Assembly (NCBI GenBank): GCA_951406725.2
Contig: OX597821.1
Location: 49,414,001 to 49,478,000 of the forward strand
Direction of reading: 5' to 3'
Origin: Octopus vulgaris
Lineage: Eukaryota
DNA: 64,000 nucleotides
This document shows positions 27,351-40,029 of this stretch, in pieces (position 1 is the stretch's first letter; the number at the start of each line of letters is the position of its first letter). The notes under the pieces are model-generated. The model was not told the DNA's origin and ran no database searches. It saw only the letters and a list, made by a program, of their open reading frames with translations. Made by a program: the position numbers and the translations under genes.

Positions 27351-27749
27351 ATCCTGGAAGTTGTGAATCCTAGAAAGTGCAGTACTCAGAATGTTTTCTT
27401 CATGAGAAGGAGTAATCTTTATATATATAAAACTGAGAATCTGTCTGTCTGTCTGTGTGTTTCCCTAAATCTTGAGAACTACACAACCAATTTCATTCAA
27501 ATTTTACACATGCCTTACTTAGGGTCCAGGTGCAATTCACAAGACAAAGGTGATGGGTTGACTCCAATTTCATGGGTACCATTTACATGGCACCACAATA
27601 ACCATGCCTCTGATTTCACAGGTCTCATCTACATGATACTGGCATGGCCACACCTATGATTCCACTAGGCCTGATGAGTTCTGCAACTCAACTTGATTTC
27701 GAGCCGGGTCGTCTGCTGCTGGAGAGGACCGATCTGAGGACGCTAAAAG

Positions 27750-28030
27750 CTGTTCTTCACTCCTGCTCCAGAGCGTCGGCTGCGGGGTCATTCCGAAAAG
27801 CTCTACCTGTGACGATTTCATCTCAATCGAAGGAGAGGAGCTTTCTCCGTCCGGGTTGCGGATCCGTGGAACAAGCTGCCAGACGAGATGGTGAAGATGC
27901 CGACGACCGCTTTGTTCAAAGCCTCCCTGGACCTCAAGTGGCCTGAACTCTTTACATGAACACCACCCTGTATTTAACTCCATGTCCCCCTACATGGCCT
28001 TGCTATTTGCTTTTGAGCCAAATTAACTCT
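27750..28030 (+). mobile_element. GC-rich CR1-like LINE 3' end (different subfamily)
   Basis: LRGHSEKLYL*RFHLNRRRGAFSVRVADPWNKLPDEMV in the frame not shown by the ORF track. Confidence 0.75.
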
Positions 28031-28034
28031 CACA

Positions 28035-28685
28035 GCATAACACTGGAGGTCTCAGTCACTTTTTATCACCTCTGTGAGGCACAACATTCAAAGATCATGC
28101 TTCGCCACCTCATCTCATATCTTCCTGGGTCTATCTCTTCCACAGCTTCCCTCCACAGTTAGAGATCAGCACTTCTTTACACAGCTGTCCTTGTCCATAC
28201 GCATCACATGATCATACCAGCAGAGTTGTCTCTCTGGCACACTACCTCTGATGCCTCATGTCCAACTTTTCTCTCAATGGGAGAAAGAGAGTCTGCCGAA
28301 TACCGACCCAACAGAGGGACCAGCTATCTGAATTGACAGTACCTTGGTAAATAAAGCCTCTTCCACAGTTTCCCTCAACCGCTAGGGTGTGACACTTTTT
28401 CACACAGCTATCCTCATCCATTTGCACCACATCTGATGCTTCTTAGGGCCAACTTTTCTTCAAGGTACTTACACTGACATTAAACATCCAGCGGAGCATA
28501 CTGGCTTTATTCCTTGCAACCTTACGCATGTCCTCAGCAGTCACGGCCCATGTTTCACTGCCATGTAGCACGGCTATTCATACACATGCATCATACAGCC
28601 TACCTTTAATTCTGAGCGAGAGGCCCTTTGTCACCAGCAGAGGTAGGAGCTCTCTGAACTTTGCCCAAGCTATTCTTATTCTAAC
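28035..28685 (-). mobile_element. RTE-like LINE ORF C-terminal fragments
   Basis: Reverse complement of the 41260-41750 region (HGSETWAV, DEDSCVKKCH). Confidence 0.85.
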
Positions 28686-30679
28686 AGGTGTACAGGTTCA
28701 AGTTTCAGGCCGACATATTTCTGGCACTCAATGGATAATTTACATTATGTGAACATGTGTATACTCAAAATAATTCAATTTTAAGTTTCTTTTTTCTTAC
28801 TTGCAACAATCCTGCTATTTTATTATGATACCATTGTATGAAAAACAAGACATTGATGTGAATCTTATGTGAATCTTTACTTGATCTCTTATAGTGTTTA
28901 AAAGTTTTATAAAACCTCTGTCTGCATGTGGGTAATGATTCTGATTGGCAGTTAATTAAGTTATTTTGTTTATATAATAATATCTATAGCAATTCTTTTG
29001 TACAAAGACAGCAGATACAAGATTTATGTGTAAATGGTGTAACAGAGTCAATAATTGACCAGGATAATTTATAGTTAACATTTTTTTGTTTGAATTTATG
29101 TACATATGTAGCCAATGAAGTTGTGTTACTTGTTATATTCGGTTTAAATGAATGTATATGTGCTAAAAATCTTTGTTGAAAGTTAATAGAGCTCCCTATA
29201 TATATATATATATATCATACTGTGTAAGTTAGCAGTTTTTGTAACAGTGCACTTATATATAACGTTGAACCTTCTACATTTGCCTTCTATTATTATTATT
29301 TCTTAAACTATATTTATTGTATACACACATGCATACACACATATAGAGATACACACACACTTATTTAAAGGACACAATGCATATCTCTAAGTGCTACTAA
29401 TAATTTCATATGTTGAGAAATATCTCAAACATATTCTTCAGGTACAAACCATGCATAACGAACTAAAAAAGTTAGAAACACGAAAAAAAAAAAAACTGAA
29501 AAGGCAGCATATAGGAAACCCAGAAGGTAAAAAAATGGAAAACTAGAACACAAAAACTAAAATGTTAAAAGTAAAAAGGAAATGAGAGTTATTCTCCTTA
29601 GACCTTAAATTATGAGGCTGGGAAAATATTAACAAGTAATTTTGGAATAGGTGGAATTTTGCTGTTCTTCAAAATATCTTAATATCTCATGTCCAACTTT
29701 TCTCTCAACTTGCTTGCAACCACTGAAAATTTCTGACCTAGATGTTAGGAATTTTGTTTTGTTTTTGTTGAATTTTCTATCACAGAACCGTACATTATAT
29801 ATGCATACAAACCTTGAAAGTACAACTGATACCACATCACAACTATCTTTTTCTCTTCCCAGCCGAGGTAGCCATATATCTCCCCTTCAGCAAAACACTT
29901 TTTCCTGTCCCTCTATCATTCTTTAGCCTCTCAACACCTGACATAAAACTGCCTGTCCCTCTCCTACACATCCACTCGTTTGAGAAATCCTGACTTCCAA
30001 GTTATTTAGTTACCTTATTAGTACTGGTGTCATGAAAAACACATGGTACACTTTGTAAAGTGATTGGTGTTAGGAAGGGCATCCAGCCATAGATACCATG
30101 CCAAAGCAGACAGCAGAGCACAACACAGTCTTGCTCCCGTCTAACCCTGTTGAACCATCCAGGCAGTGCCAGCATGAAGACAGACATTAAATAATAATGA
30201 TGAACAGATTATTCGAGTAGAATTCTTAAAAGTTGAGTAAACTAACAGTTTCACAAAAGTATTGCTTGTTTTTGTTACTGAACCCCAAGTCACTCTTGCT
30301 CAGGTACTCTTAAAATCATAGGTGTTCTTACTTACACCTTTTGTTCAACCATGATGTATTTAAGGTGACTTTACCCCTTTAAAATGATATGGTTTAATTT
30401 GAGAGATATAAAGTTTGAATGTATGTAAAAGAGGTTTTTATGATTGTACTTAAACATAAATACTGCTTACAGATAACTTTCTCTGACTATACTTAGGTAT
30501 GTAAGGTAGGTGTGTGTGTGTATATCTTGTTAATTATATCATAAATACTTTCAAAAATAAAACTATTGATTTTACATTTTGTAATTTACTGCAGTCCTTG
30601 TTGATCTATTATTTTTAGTATGGTTTAATCTGCAGCTTATCTCTATGTAAATCTGCTTTGGATTAGAAATGAACTGTTT

Positions 30680-31145
30680 ATGTACCTCTGTTGGCAACCA
30701 AAGGTCTCTCTCTCTCTCTCTCTCTGAGTGAAAGAAAGATTGTATGATGCATGTGTATGAACAGCAGTGTTACATGGGCTCTTAATGCTGAGAGGATGCG
30801 AAGACCAAAGAGGAATAAAACTTAGCATGCTTCATAAGATGTGCAGTGTCAGTGTACATGTGCAGCAGAGCGCTAGTGTGTTAAGAGAAAAGTTAGGCAT
30901 AAGAGGAATTAAATGCAGTATGCAGGAGAGAAGAATGCACTGGTTTGGTCATGTGATGCATATGGATGTGGACAGTTGCATAAAGAAGTGTTGATAAAGT
31001 GGATGGAACTCATGGAAGAGGAAGACTCTGGAAGACAAAGCATGAAGTACTGAAAGCCAATCTCAAGACACTGAGCCTTGTGAAGGCAATGACAAAGGAC
31101 CAAGATATCTGGCACCTTGCTGTACTCAAGAAGACCCATTCACCA
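30680..31145 (+). mobile_element. RTE-like LINE fragment (older)
   Basis: LREKLGIRGIKCSMQERRMHWFGHVMHMD. Confidence 0.8.
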
Positions 31146-33124
31146 CAGCAGAATTGATATCCTAAACTATCTTGGTTAATGCTTAACTGTGAGGGGCTCT
31201 GCCCCAAGCTCACCTGCATCCTCTCTGTCTTGTCAACCATTTCCCCACCACCTTTCATCTTTTAACAGCCATCACTTCTCTATCATTTGAGAGCAAAATA
31301 GGTGCATATTACATCCTCCCCTTTTCTCAGTTACCTCCCCCACCCCAAACCATTTCTGTTTCCCATTATCATCTTACAGTGGTCTCCACCTATCACCTCC
31401 TTTCTGTACCTTCTCTCCCCTGTGTTTTCCATCATTACCACCTTGCATGTCAGCTATCACCCTCAATGTCTTTGCATACCCACTCTTCATCGTTTGCTTC
31501 AGTCACCTTTAACCTGCCCACCAACTCAGTCCAAGCTGCTGTATATCATCACTTATTCTTACCACCCCCCAATGTCCCTTGAGAGCATGTCCCAACACAT
31601 CTTCACCATCTCTCTCTTTACCTTGCTCTTTGTTTCATTTGTGCACTTTGTTATTCTGTTTCATTTGACTCTTTATCTTGCAACTTGCTTGGTGACTATG
31701 TGCACCATAAAAAGCACCCACTACACTCTGTAAAGCAATTGGTGTTAGGAAGGGCTTTTAGTGAGGGACTCATCTTAGTTGAACTGTAGGTACCAAACAT
31801 CAAGCAAAGATGTATTTTGTCTGGAGTTTTAACTTTATCACGTGAAAGAAGTGTGTGTGGTGTATATCATCCTTAAAAGCTGTTTGATTCTAAAATTAGA
31901 TTGGCTTTGGTGTCTTCTACTACAGATTGTGGAGAAGGCTATGATGACATTGAAGAAAAGAGAACCTTAAAGATAGGGTTTCAGTCTGTTATTTCAATGA
32001 AGAAACTATTTAGGGAAGTATGAGAAATGAGTTATTTTGAAAATTATGATTGACAAAGAATGAAAGGCATTACTTTTCAAAAGAGTAATGGTTTATGTTA
32101 CAGTTTTCTGGTTCAACTAAATGATTGTGGTATTTCGCTAGTACACCTCCCCCCACACACATACACACAAATGGTAGGACTTTACTGCAGTATTTAGCTA
32201 TTATACCCCTCACAAATGATTGGACTGTTCTGTACAATTTAGCTAATTTCCCTCTTCACAAATGATAAGACTTTACTGTAGTTTTACAAAATAACTCTGC
32301 ACCCCCATATGACTCTCATCTTCTCTACCCCCACGGCCCATCATATGCTCACCTAACTCAATCCATGCTCTTTCACAGGTTTCAACTAGATTTTTGTCTT
32401 ATTTGTTCTGATGTTGCTTACATATCCTCAACTTGTTGTGTATATGCTAATAATACACACACACACACTCTCTCTCTCTCTCTCTCTCTCTCTCTTGCTC
32501 TCTCATGTGTGAGGCAATGTTCTTGTTTTATATAAATAAAACCTGCTGATATAATTTGGTCAACTTGCCTTTCTTTTGCTTGTCACAATGTATATTAACT
32601 ACTGTAGTATGAAAAGAATAATAATGAGCGATTAACCGCAGATGATTTTTAAAATGAGAATATCTAAAATAAAATCCTTCAATGAATATCATTAGACCTT
32701 TTGGTTTTCTCTTCTCTTAAATTCCAATCTTCTGTTTGTAATCCTGTTGTTTTAGATCGATGTATAGAAAGAATTATGTTGTGAGAATTTACAAAAAAAA
32801 AAACAAAAGACGAAGACGGGTGTGTAAACAACAAACATGTATTAGTTTAATGCTCGGGAAGTGAGAAAGTCTTTTATGTTTCGAGCCTACGCTCTTCGAC
32901 AGAAAGGAACACAGAAATAAACAGGAAGTGAGAGAGAAAATAAAAAAGGTTTAGTCACTAGCGATCTATCATGGTGAATTATGTATATATGTAAGTATAC
33001 TGTAAAGTGTTAAAATGTATGTATAATCTCTTAGTATAATAATGAGTGCTTTCTTTTTATATATTTCGTTTTTGCATTTGGTTTGCAAGATTCTTTATAT
33101 GAGTTCGTGTGTTGAAGCATATTC

Positions 33125-33398
33125 TGTTGTGTCTGGGGAGAGTCATTTTCTTTTTTGTACCTTATAATGTAACACACTCACCGGTAAAATTTCCACTTAT
33201 TTCTTATTTTTATTTTCCTAAAATTTTCATTGCATCTTGCAACCTTTCCATTAGTCTTGAGTCAAGACTATACTGAAAAGGTTGCAAGATGCAACGAAAA
33301 TTTTAGGAAAATAAAAATAAGAAAAAAGTGGAAATTTTACCGGTGAGTGTGTTACATTATAAGGTACAAAAAGAAAATGACTCTCCCCAGACACAACA
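33125..33398. repeat. ~270-bp near-perfect palindrome (Penelope-type inverted pLTR junction)
   Basis: TGTTGTGTCTGGGGAGAGTCATTTTC...TAGTCTTGA G TCAAGACTA...GAAAATGACTCTCCCCAGACACAACA, with ~135-bp arms and few mismatches. Confidence 0.9.
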
Positions 33399-36300
33399 TT
33401 GTATATATATATATATATAAGCTGGAGTGAAAGGTGAAGATAGAGGAGATAAATGGCAAAGAGAGTGTTGTATGAATGAGAAAGGAAAGGGTGATAGATG
33501 AATAACAATGGAAGGAGTGAAAAAGCCAATAAACAGCGTTTGAAGTGTGAGTATATGTATGTGTAAAAGAGAGGTAAGTTTGTGTGCATGTGTGTGTGTG
33601 TGTGTGTGTGTACAATGGAAATGGGATAGTAATGTTCAACACTGAAAATGTGTGAGTATATATGTGTATGTGTGTGTACAAGAGAACTATGTGAAACTTT
33701 ACATATACATATAAAGTGAAAAAAATCGGAAAAATAATTCAGAATCCTTGTCCAGTACCTGATTGATCCCAAAATCTAATCAATTTGTGCCAGTCACAAG
33801 GCCAAACATCTCTGGAAGTTTCATCCGAATCCATCCAGCGGTTCTTGAGATATCTTGTCTATGGACAGACAAACAAACACAACTGAAAATATCTTTACCT
33901 TGGGTTGTGTTATTTATTTATAACAAAGGTAAATCATTGAATTAGTTAATGTAAAATATATGCAGAAACCAGCCCATAAAGACACCAATTCATTTCACAT
34001 ATGTACATCCAGTCTTTATCAGGATTTGTGTGTGAGTGAAAATGCCATGTTAGCATTGGTGGGTATATTGATGGGTTATTATCTTTATATAATGTATGAA
34101 GGATAAGTCAACTTGGCAGGGCTCATCTCTGTTCAGATTGTTGATCAAGGTTAAATGCCTCAACCAGATGTCCAGACTAAATCACAAGCCATCCATCCAC
34201 CCATCTACAACAGTCACACATAATCCTCCATTAATACCTATTACTACTACTTAATTGAGATAAAAGAATAGTTACCCTTTATTTTTCTGCAATATGTATT
34301 TAAGTGCATAGTTAGGGATACCTCAGTTTAAGTGCATCGTTAGGGATACTTCTGTTTAAATACATAGTAAGGTGTACCTCTACCACTATAGTTTTCAACT
34401 TCTTTGACTTTGGGGTCAACTGGCGAGCAAATATAAAATTCTTGATGCATATCACAAAGTTAAAATGTAGAAAAATACACAAGTTATTATTTATTTCATA
34501 TTATTGATGCTGTAATGATGTATTAACATGTGAAACATTAGTTTCATGTCCTATGATTGTGTTTTATGCTGGTATTTATGTACAATAGATTCTAATTTCC
34601 TTTTATATGTAAATCCCATTTTACATATGAATATGTTGAATGGTTTTTTTTAGCTAGTGTTAGATGTTCTGTATGCTAATGCAAAACTTTCCAGTGATAG
34701 TTCCTCATATTTGATTTTTAGTCTACAATCATTGGATATAAAAGCCAATTTTCTTTAGATAATTTCAGATAAACTTCAGCTGGAATTATCACAAAAGGAT
34801 TTTGAATTATGACAGACAATAACAATAGTCCTCTTTAGGGCCAATAATTATTGAAACTGTACCAAACTCAGGTGAGGTGCCCAATGGACTATTCTCTCAC
34901 ATCTGGGATGGTGTAGCTGCACACACTGGTATCCTAAACCATATCCAGAAAAGAGCTATTCATTGAATTGGCATAAATTAGGCATGTTCTGGCTTGCAGA
35001 TTAAGGAGTGATGCTTATTAGTCTAGGAGGTTAGTGTTAGCTAGTCAGTATGGGCATGAATGATGAACAATGAAATAATAATAAAATGAGAGTAGCCTGA
35101 AGAAAGGGGAGTAGTGGCTAGCAGCATGGTAAAGCCAAATTTCAGGACACCATACTCAGCATCCACTTTCTCTTGATGGGGACTCAGCTGACAACAAGGG
35201 ATGCTGTCTGCATTCTTAGCTCCTCAATCCTCTCAAAAGCCATAACAGAGTGCCCGGAGACCAACACGTGTGGACTTGTCCAGGATGACTGAGACATTAA
35301 CATACACTGAAGAATTGCTTTGTTCTGTCTAAGCTCCTTTCTTGCTACACAGTGCACCATGTCACCCTCTCAGAGACCGCCTTACTGATTTTGATAATAC
35401 CATCTGGCGCTGTGCTAAATTGGACAGGTATATCACTGTCCATTCTTAGTTTGTGCTGGTTGCTGTTAAGATGTTAGGTGTTCTCAAACCCTGTACTACT
35501 GATTTCCTCTACAAAATTGAGATATCAGCAGCCCATCTGAGAAATGTGCCCTGCAAGGTGGAGTGGCTGCTGCAGTAAGTATTGCTGGCCATTCTCCACA
35601 CCAATGACATTGCAGTCATAACCACGGGGTGTGGCTGAATTCACCATTTGTTCCTCGTTGTGTGGCCCATTGCCCCCTCACCCCCACTTTCTACTGTTTT
35701 ACTCCCCATTTTTTTTTCTTTTCCTTTTTTATCTTTTTTTTTTGTTTCCTTGTATTTAAATGATACAATTTAGAATGTGATCTGTTCTATCAAAGTACAA
35801 TTATTTATTCATGTCAATAATCCCTTTATTAAATACATACACACCAGCCAGCCAGCCAGCCAAGCTGTATCATTTAAATGACTTGGTACAGGTGTACAGA
35901 ACATACACAATGGTGTGTGTGTGAGTGTGTGCTTGCGCACATAGACAACTGATTTTGTAGCTCAGTGTGAGATGGGATTAAAGAATATTGAATTAGAAAG
36001 TCAAGGGTAAGCTGATAGTTGAAAGTCTACTCCCCCTAATCTGCAAGCTGTCTACTGAGTGAAAGCATCTTTTTAGCATTGCTTCCATACCACCAGCTTT
36101 CCCCTTCTCTCCTCCCCTGTTTACGAAACTATTTTAGCAGATAACAGCCTAGTCTGAATATTTTCTCAAGGGCTGTTTTTAAGAGACTTTTCTATTTAAA
36201 TCCCTAGTGGTGGTAAGTAAGGTGTTACTCTGTTGCCCACCACACATCATCTCTAAATATAACCATTCTCTATGTCTCTATTGTACTGTGTATTCTGTCG

Positions 36301-37552
36301 ACGTTGCATCTACACGCATGTAATAACAAAAATACTGTTGGTAGTGATTGTAGTATTACTACTACTTTCTCTGAATTTCTAAAGTGAAACACTGGACAAG
36401 TTTTATGATATCTATAAAATGTTGGGTTGAAACCTATTTACTATCTCTTGATATTACAGTGTAATAATCAAAGACAGAAGGAAATAGAGATGGAAGCTGT
36501 GGAAGAATGGATAGAGCTTCAAATAAGCTACCTTGTGGTGTTTATGGAGGGTAGAATTGGTAGAGCACCAAACTAGATGCTTTGTGGTGTTTATGGAAGG
36601 TAAAAGCACTTGATAAGGCACCTAGTAATATTTTTGTTCTGAATTGAAGTCTTGCTCAGATCCTTCCTAGCCTTTCATGATTCCTTTTCAAGGTTTATAA
36701 AAGAAGTCCTGAGTCAATAAAAGGTAGTGCTCTTGCATGGCCTACACCCTAATGACTGAAGTTAGTAAAAGAACACAGAAAAGACTGGTGCATGTATGGT
36801 TGTGTGCCGAAGAAGTTTGCTTCACAGCTACTTGGCTTGTGGTTCAGTCTTATTGTATAGCACCTCAGGCAAGTGTCTTCTATCATTAACATTATGAATA
36901 AAATTTGGTAGATTGAAACTGTGGAAATCCTTCGGAAGGACTATTTTTTGGTGTTGGGTTTTAGTCTTAATCTTTTGTCTGATTCAGTATCAATGCCACC
37001 TGGCTTTTGAGTGACTCTAGTGGAGCCTTCCCTCTGTTCCAAATACCAAGACCAAATCTCTAAGCTTCCCTTCTTCTAACTAAGTCATTAAAACAAACAG
37101 CTGTTTAATGAAAATCTGGAAAGATTTTGAAATGTTTATTGTTATCTTAATTTTATTGCTGTCAAATTGACAACAGGTTCTGTCACATGTCGCTCTCCTT
37201 TGCCAAAAAGTGATATTATTTGAAATACGACTAATATGGTACCATCACATCACTAAAGACCCAGCACTGCTAACAGTAATTGACACTTTTGTACAGTAAA
37301 CTATCTTTCGTTTTCGTAATTTAAGAAGTGGGTAGTTCTGATAGAAAAATAAAAGAAAAAATAGTTCTGCAACAATATTTTAAAGAATTTATTCTAAAGG
37401 GTTGTTGCTATTTAGCCCCAGATCATCCTTGTCAAGCAGACCCCTAATTAATGTCCTCCAACCTTTTTTTATTCAAACAATTTACTTTACACTTTATTCA
37501 GTTAGTCTTCTTTTCTAATAGTTATGCTCAGTGTTAACTGAGCATCGACATA

Positions 37553-37570
37553 CGTACACACATACACACA

Positions 37571-37604
<34 letters not shown>

Positions 37605-37670
37605 CATACATACATACATACATACATACATACACACACACACATACATACATACATACATACATACATA
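37553..37670. repeat. (TACA)n microsatellite, one of many (CA/TA/TACA) tracts (e.g. 570-722, 15098-15182)
   Basis: Direct reading. Confidence 0.95.
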
Positions 37671-38476
37671 GTGCTACAGCTTATCGATCAGATAAACTGG
37701 AGCAAGCAAAGTTATGCGCTACATGTGGTACGTATAAGGTTTGAACTTCTAACAAGTCAATTAGTAATCTAGTACTTCTGTAACTTCATGGCCATTCTCA
37801 AAATAGCAGAATACTGAAACAAAAATATGAGATTTGATTAAATTTTGTTTTTAAATAAATGATAATTTTTCCTTGTTCTGATTCAGTCATGAATATTTAA
37901 GAAACTGAAATCAGTAGTGGGGAACGAGTGAAATGGACATAATATTGTTTTTCAATTCCATAAAACATGGCAATGAAATAAAAGTAAAATGTCTCATGGT
38001 TGCCATCTATAAGTTGAGCTTTGTTTCTAGAAATTGTAAACCGCTGATGCACTGGTCTGATACTGAAGGAATGTCTATTGTTAAACTGAGTCTAATATTT
38101 CAAATAGTCCTTATATTCTTAATCCCTACTCTGTCTGTTACTGTGGTCTGTAGACTGACCCTTTGAGCTTATAGTTAATAACATTTATCAACATGGATTA
38201 CATGATCCTTCATATTTCAATATTTTCATTATTAAGTAAGCCCCCGCCTCCTCCATTTTTTTAATAAATAGTATTCCGTTACTATGGCAGACTGTGTGTG
38301 TGTGTTTTTTTATCAAGCTGTTAAGAATGTATGCATATTTTTGTGTGTAAGAAATTTGTTCAACAGTCATGAAGATCTGAGTTTGTTTTCACTGTACCTT
38401 GACTGAAACCAATAAAAGAATAGACTGGCTGTTCTGACTAAGATTTGTAAAGTATTTTTGTATTTTTATATTGTAG

Positions 38477-38667
38477 GATGTCGCAGTTCATTTGTAAACA
38501 TGGAGGCTAGATCTGTTGATGCTAAGATGCTAACTCGTCGTTGTATCATAGTACGACTTCGGGAGCTGACGGTGGTTAGCTACAGAAAGCTAGTAAGCCA
38601 GAATGTGGGTGCTGTGTTGGTTCTTCTACCCGACAACTTCACAAACATCACTGTTGAGGAGAAAGAG
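38477..38667 (+). CDS. NCLN: Nicalin exon 2
   Basis: TTGTAG acceptor; (G)CRSSFVNMEARSVDAKMLTRRCIIVRL...GAVLVLLP...EEKE; donor GAG|GTCAGT, phase 0. Intron 1 is 24.6 kb. Confidence 0.95.
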
Positions 38668-39572
38668 GTCAGTATTGATTAATTGTCTTTACTTTATCAT
38701 ATCAATCAAGGCAATAGAATGATCCAGAATTAATTAATGTTAATCTGATACTGAACAATCATGATCCAGTTCTAATTACTTATGGTTGTGACTTGGTATT
38801 CATCAGTTCTGATTCAGTTATGAGTATTCCCAAGATTTCAAGGGTTTGTTTCCTAGTTTAGTTCAAGAAGATATGGTATAAATCTCCTCATAAATAAGAC
38901 ACTGATATATTACAGATAATACTCACATGATCTGGAACCTATTTCTCACAGGTGAACCTAGGAAATCTAGACAAGACAAAAAAAAAAAATTGTTTGGAAA
39001 CTATGAAATATCCTTTCATACTGTTTGACAGGACTTAATGAGTTGGAGGACTCTGCTTTGACATGATTTCTATGGCTAGGTATTCTTTCTAATACCATCC
39101 ACTTTACAGAGTATACAGGGTGCAGTTTTCATGACACCAACACAAGTGAAAATTACCTTGAGCACAAAGGGCCTAAAGTATTCCCTGTAGCTAAAGGAGA
39201 GTAAATGTGAGACAGTGTAATGATTCTGAGTAGGTTAGGAAGGGTAAAAAAGCAAGATGAGAGGAATGGATTTATAATTGTGGTAAGTGGAGAGAGTAAC
39301 CGAGTATATACAAATTAGAATAAAGAGTATTATGGGGAGAAGAGAAAGGATTAGGATCAGGGGTTATTGAGAAAAGGGGAGAGAGAGTGGGAAGGGTGAT
39401 AATTGGTTGCAGTGGATTTTAATTTACAGTCTAACTATTTGCTGATAATTGCTAGTGGTTTGGCATTGATTTATAGTAATCTAGTGCTAGTTGGTACTAA
39501 TCTAGTAGTATCTCAGTTATGAGGATTTAAGGATAATATTCATCTAAATAGTCTTTTTTTTGTTTTTTACAG

Positions 39573-39717
39573 CGGCTGTATGGCTTGGAAAGGGACCTTC
39601 TCTTGGAAGAAACTAATGTCCCTGTATTCTTTGCCTATGAGAGTGAAGCCCTCTCCAATATTTACATAGATGTGAAGCATTTGTCAACTGGGGATCAGGC
39701 ACCAAGTGCTCTAGAAG
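39573..39717 (+). CDS. NCLN: Nicalin exon 3 (absent from ORF track)
   Basis: T-rich tract plus TACAG acceptor; RLYGLERDLLLEETNVPVFFAYESEALSNIYIDVKHLSTGDQAPSALE; donor G|GTGAGT, phase 1. Confidence 0.93.
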
Positions 39718-40029
39718 GTGAGTTGATGAGCTAGTGAACATTTTTTTTATAAATCTCATATTTTCCCTCCAGGTGTGTTCTTAATATCACTCACAGAACA
39801 TTTTAATCAGTAATTCAATAAAAAATTAGCCTACTGTTTACTAGCAGTTTCTTCAAATATTGATAAAGGGCAAAGTTAATTACATTGAGTCTGATTACTT
39901 GCCTACTCACTACGTTATCTATGGGCCAATGAGGAATGGCAAATAAGAACTGAGGTATTTCAGATTGCAAGATTGCAAGACAGTGTGTGAGAGAAAATTG
40001 TGATGTCACAGGAGAGAAATGTGTTCAAA

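Noticed and set aside
27669-27700. CTGATGAG followed by a small hairpin (possible hammerhead)
   Set aside because: There is no GAAA after the stem and no stem I or III. The same holds for CTGATGAG at 5097.
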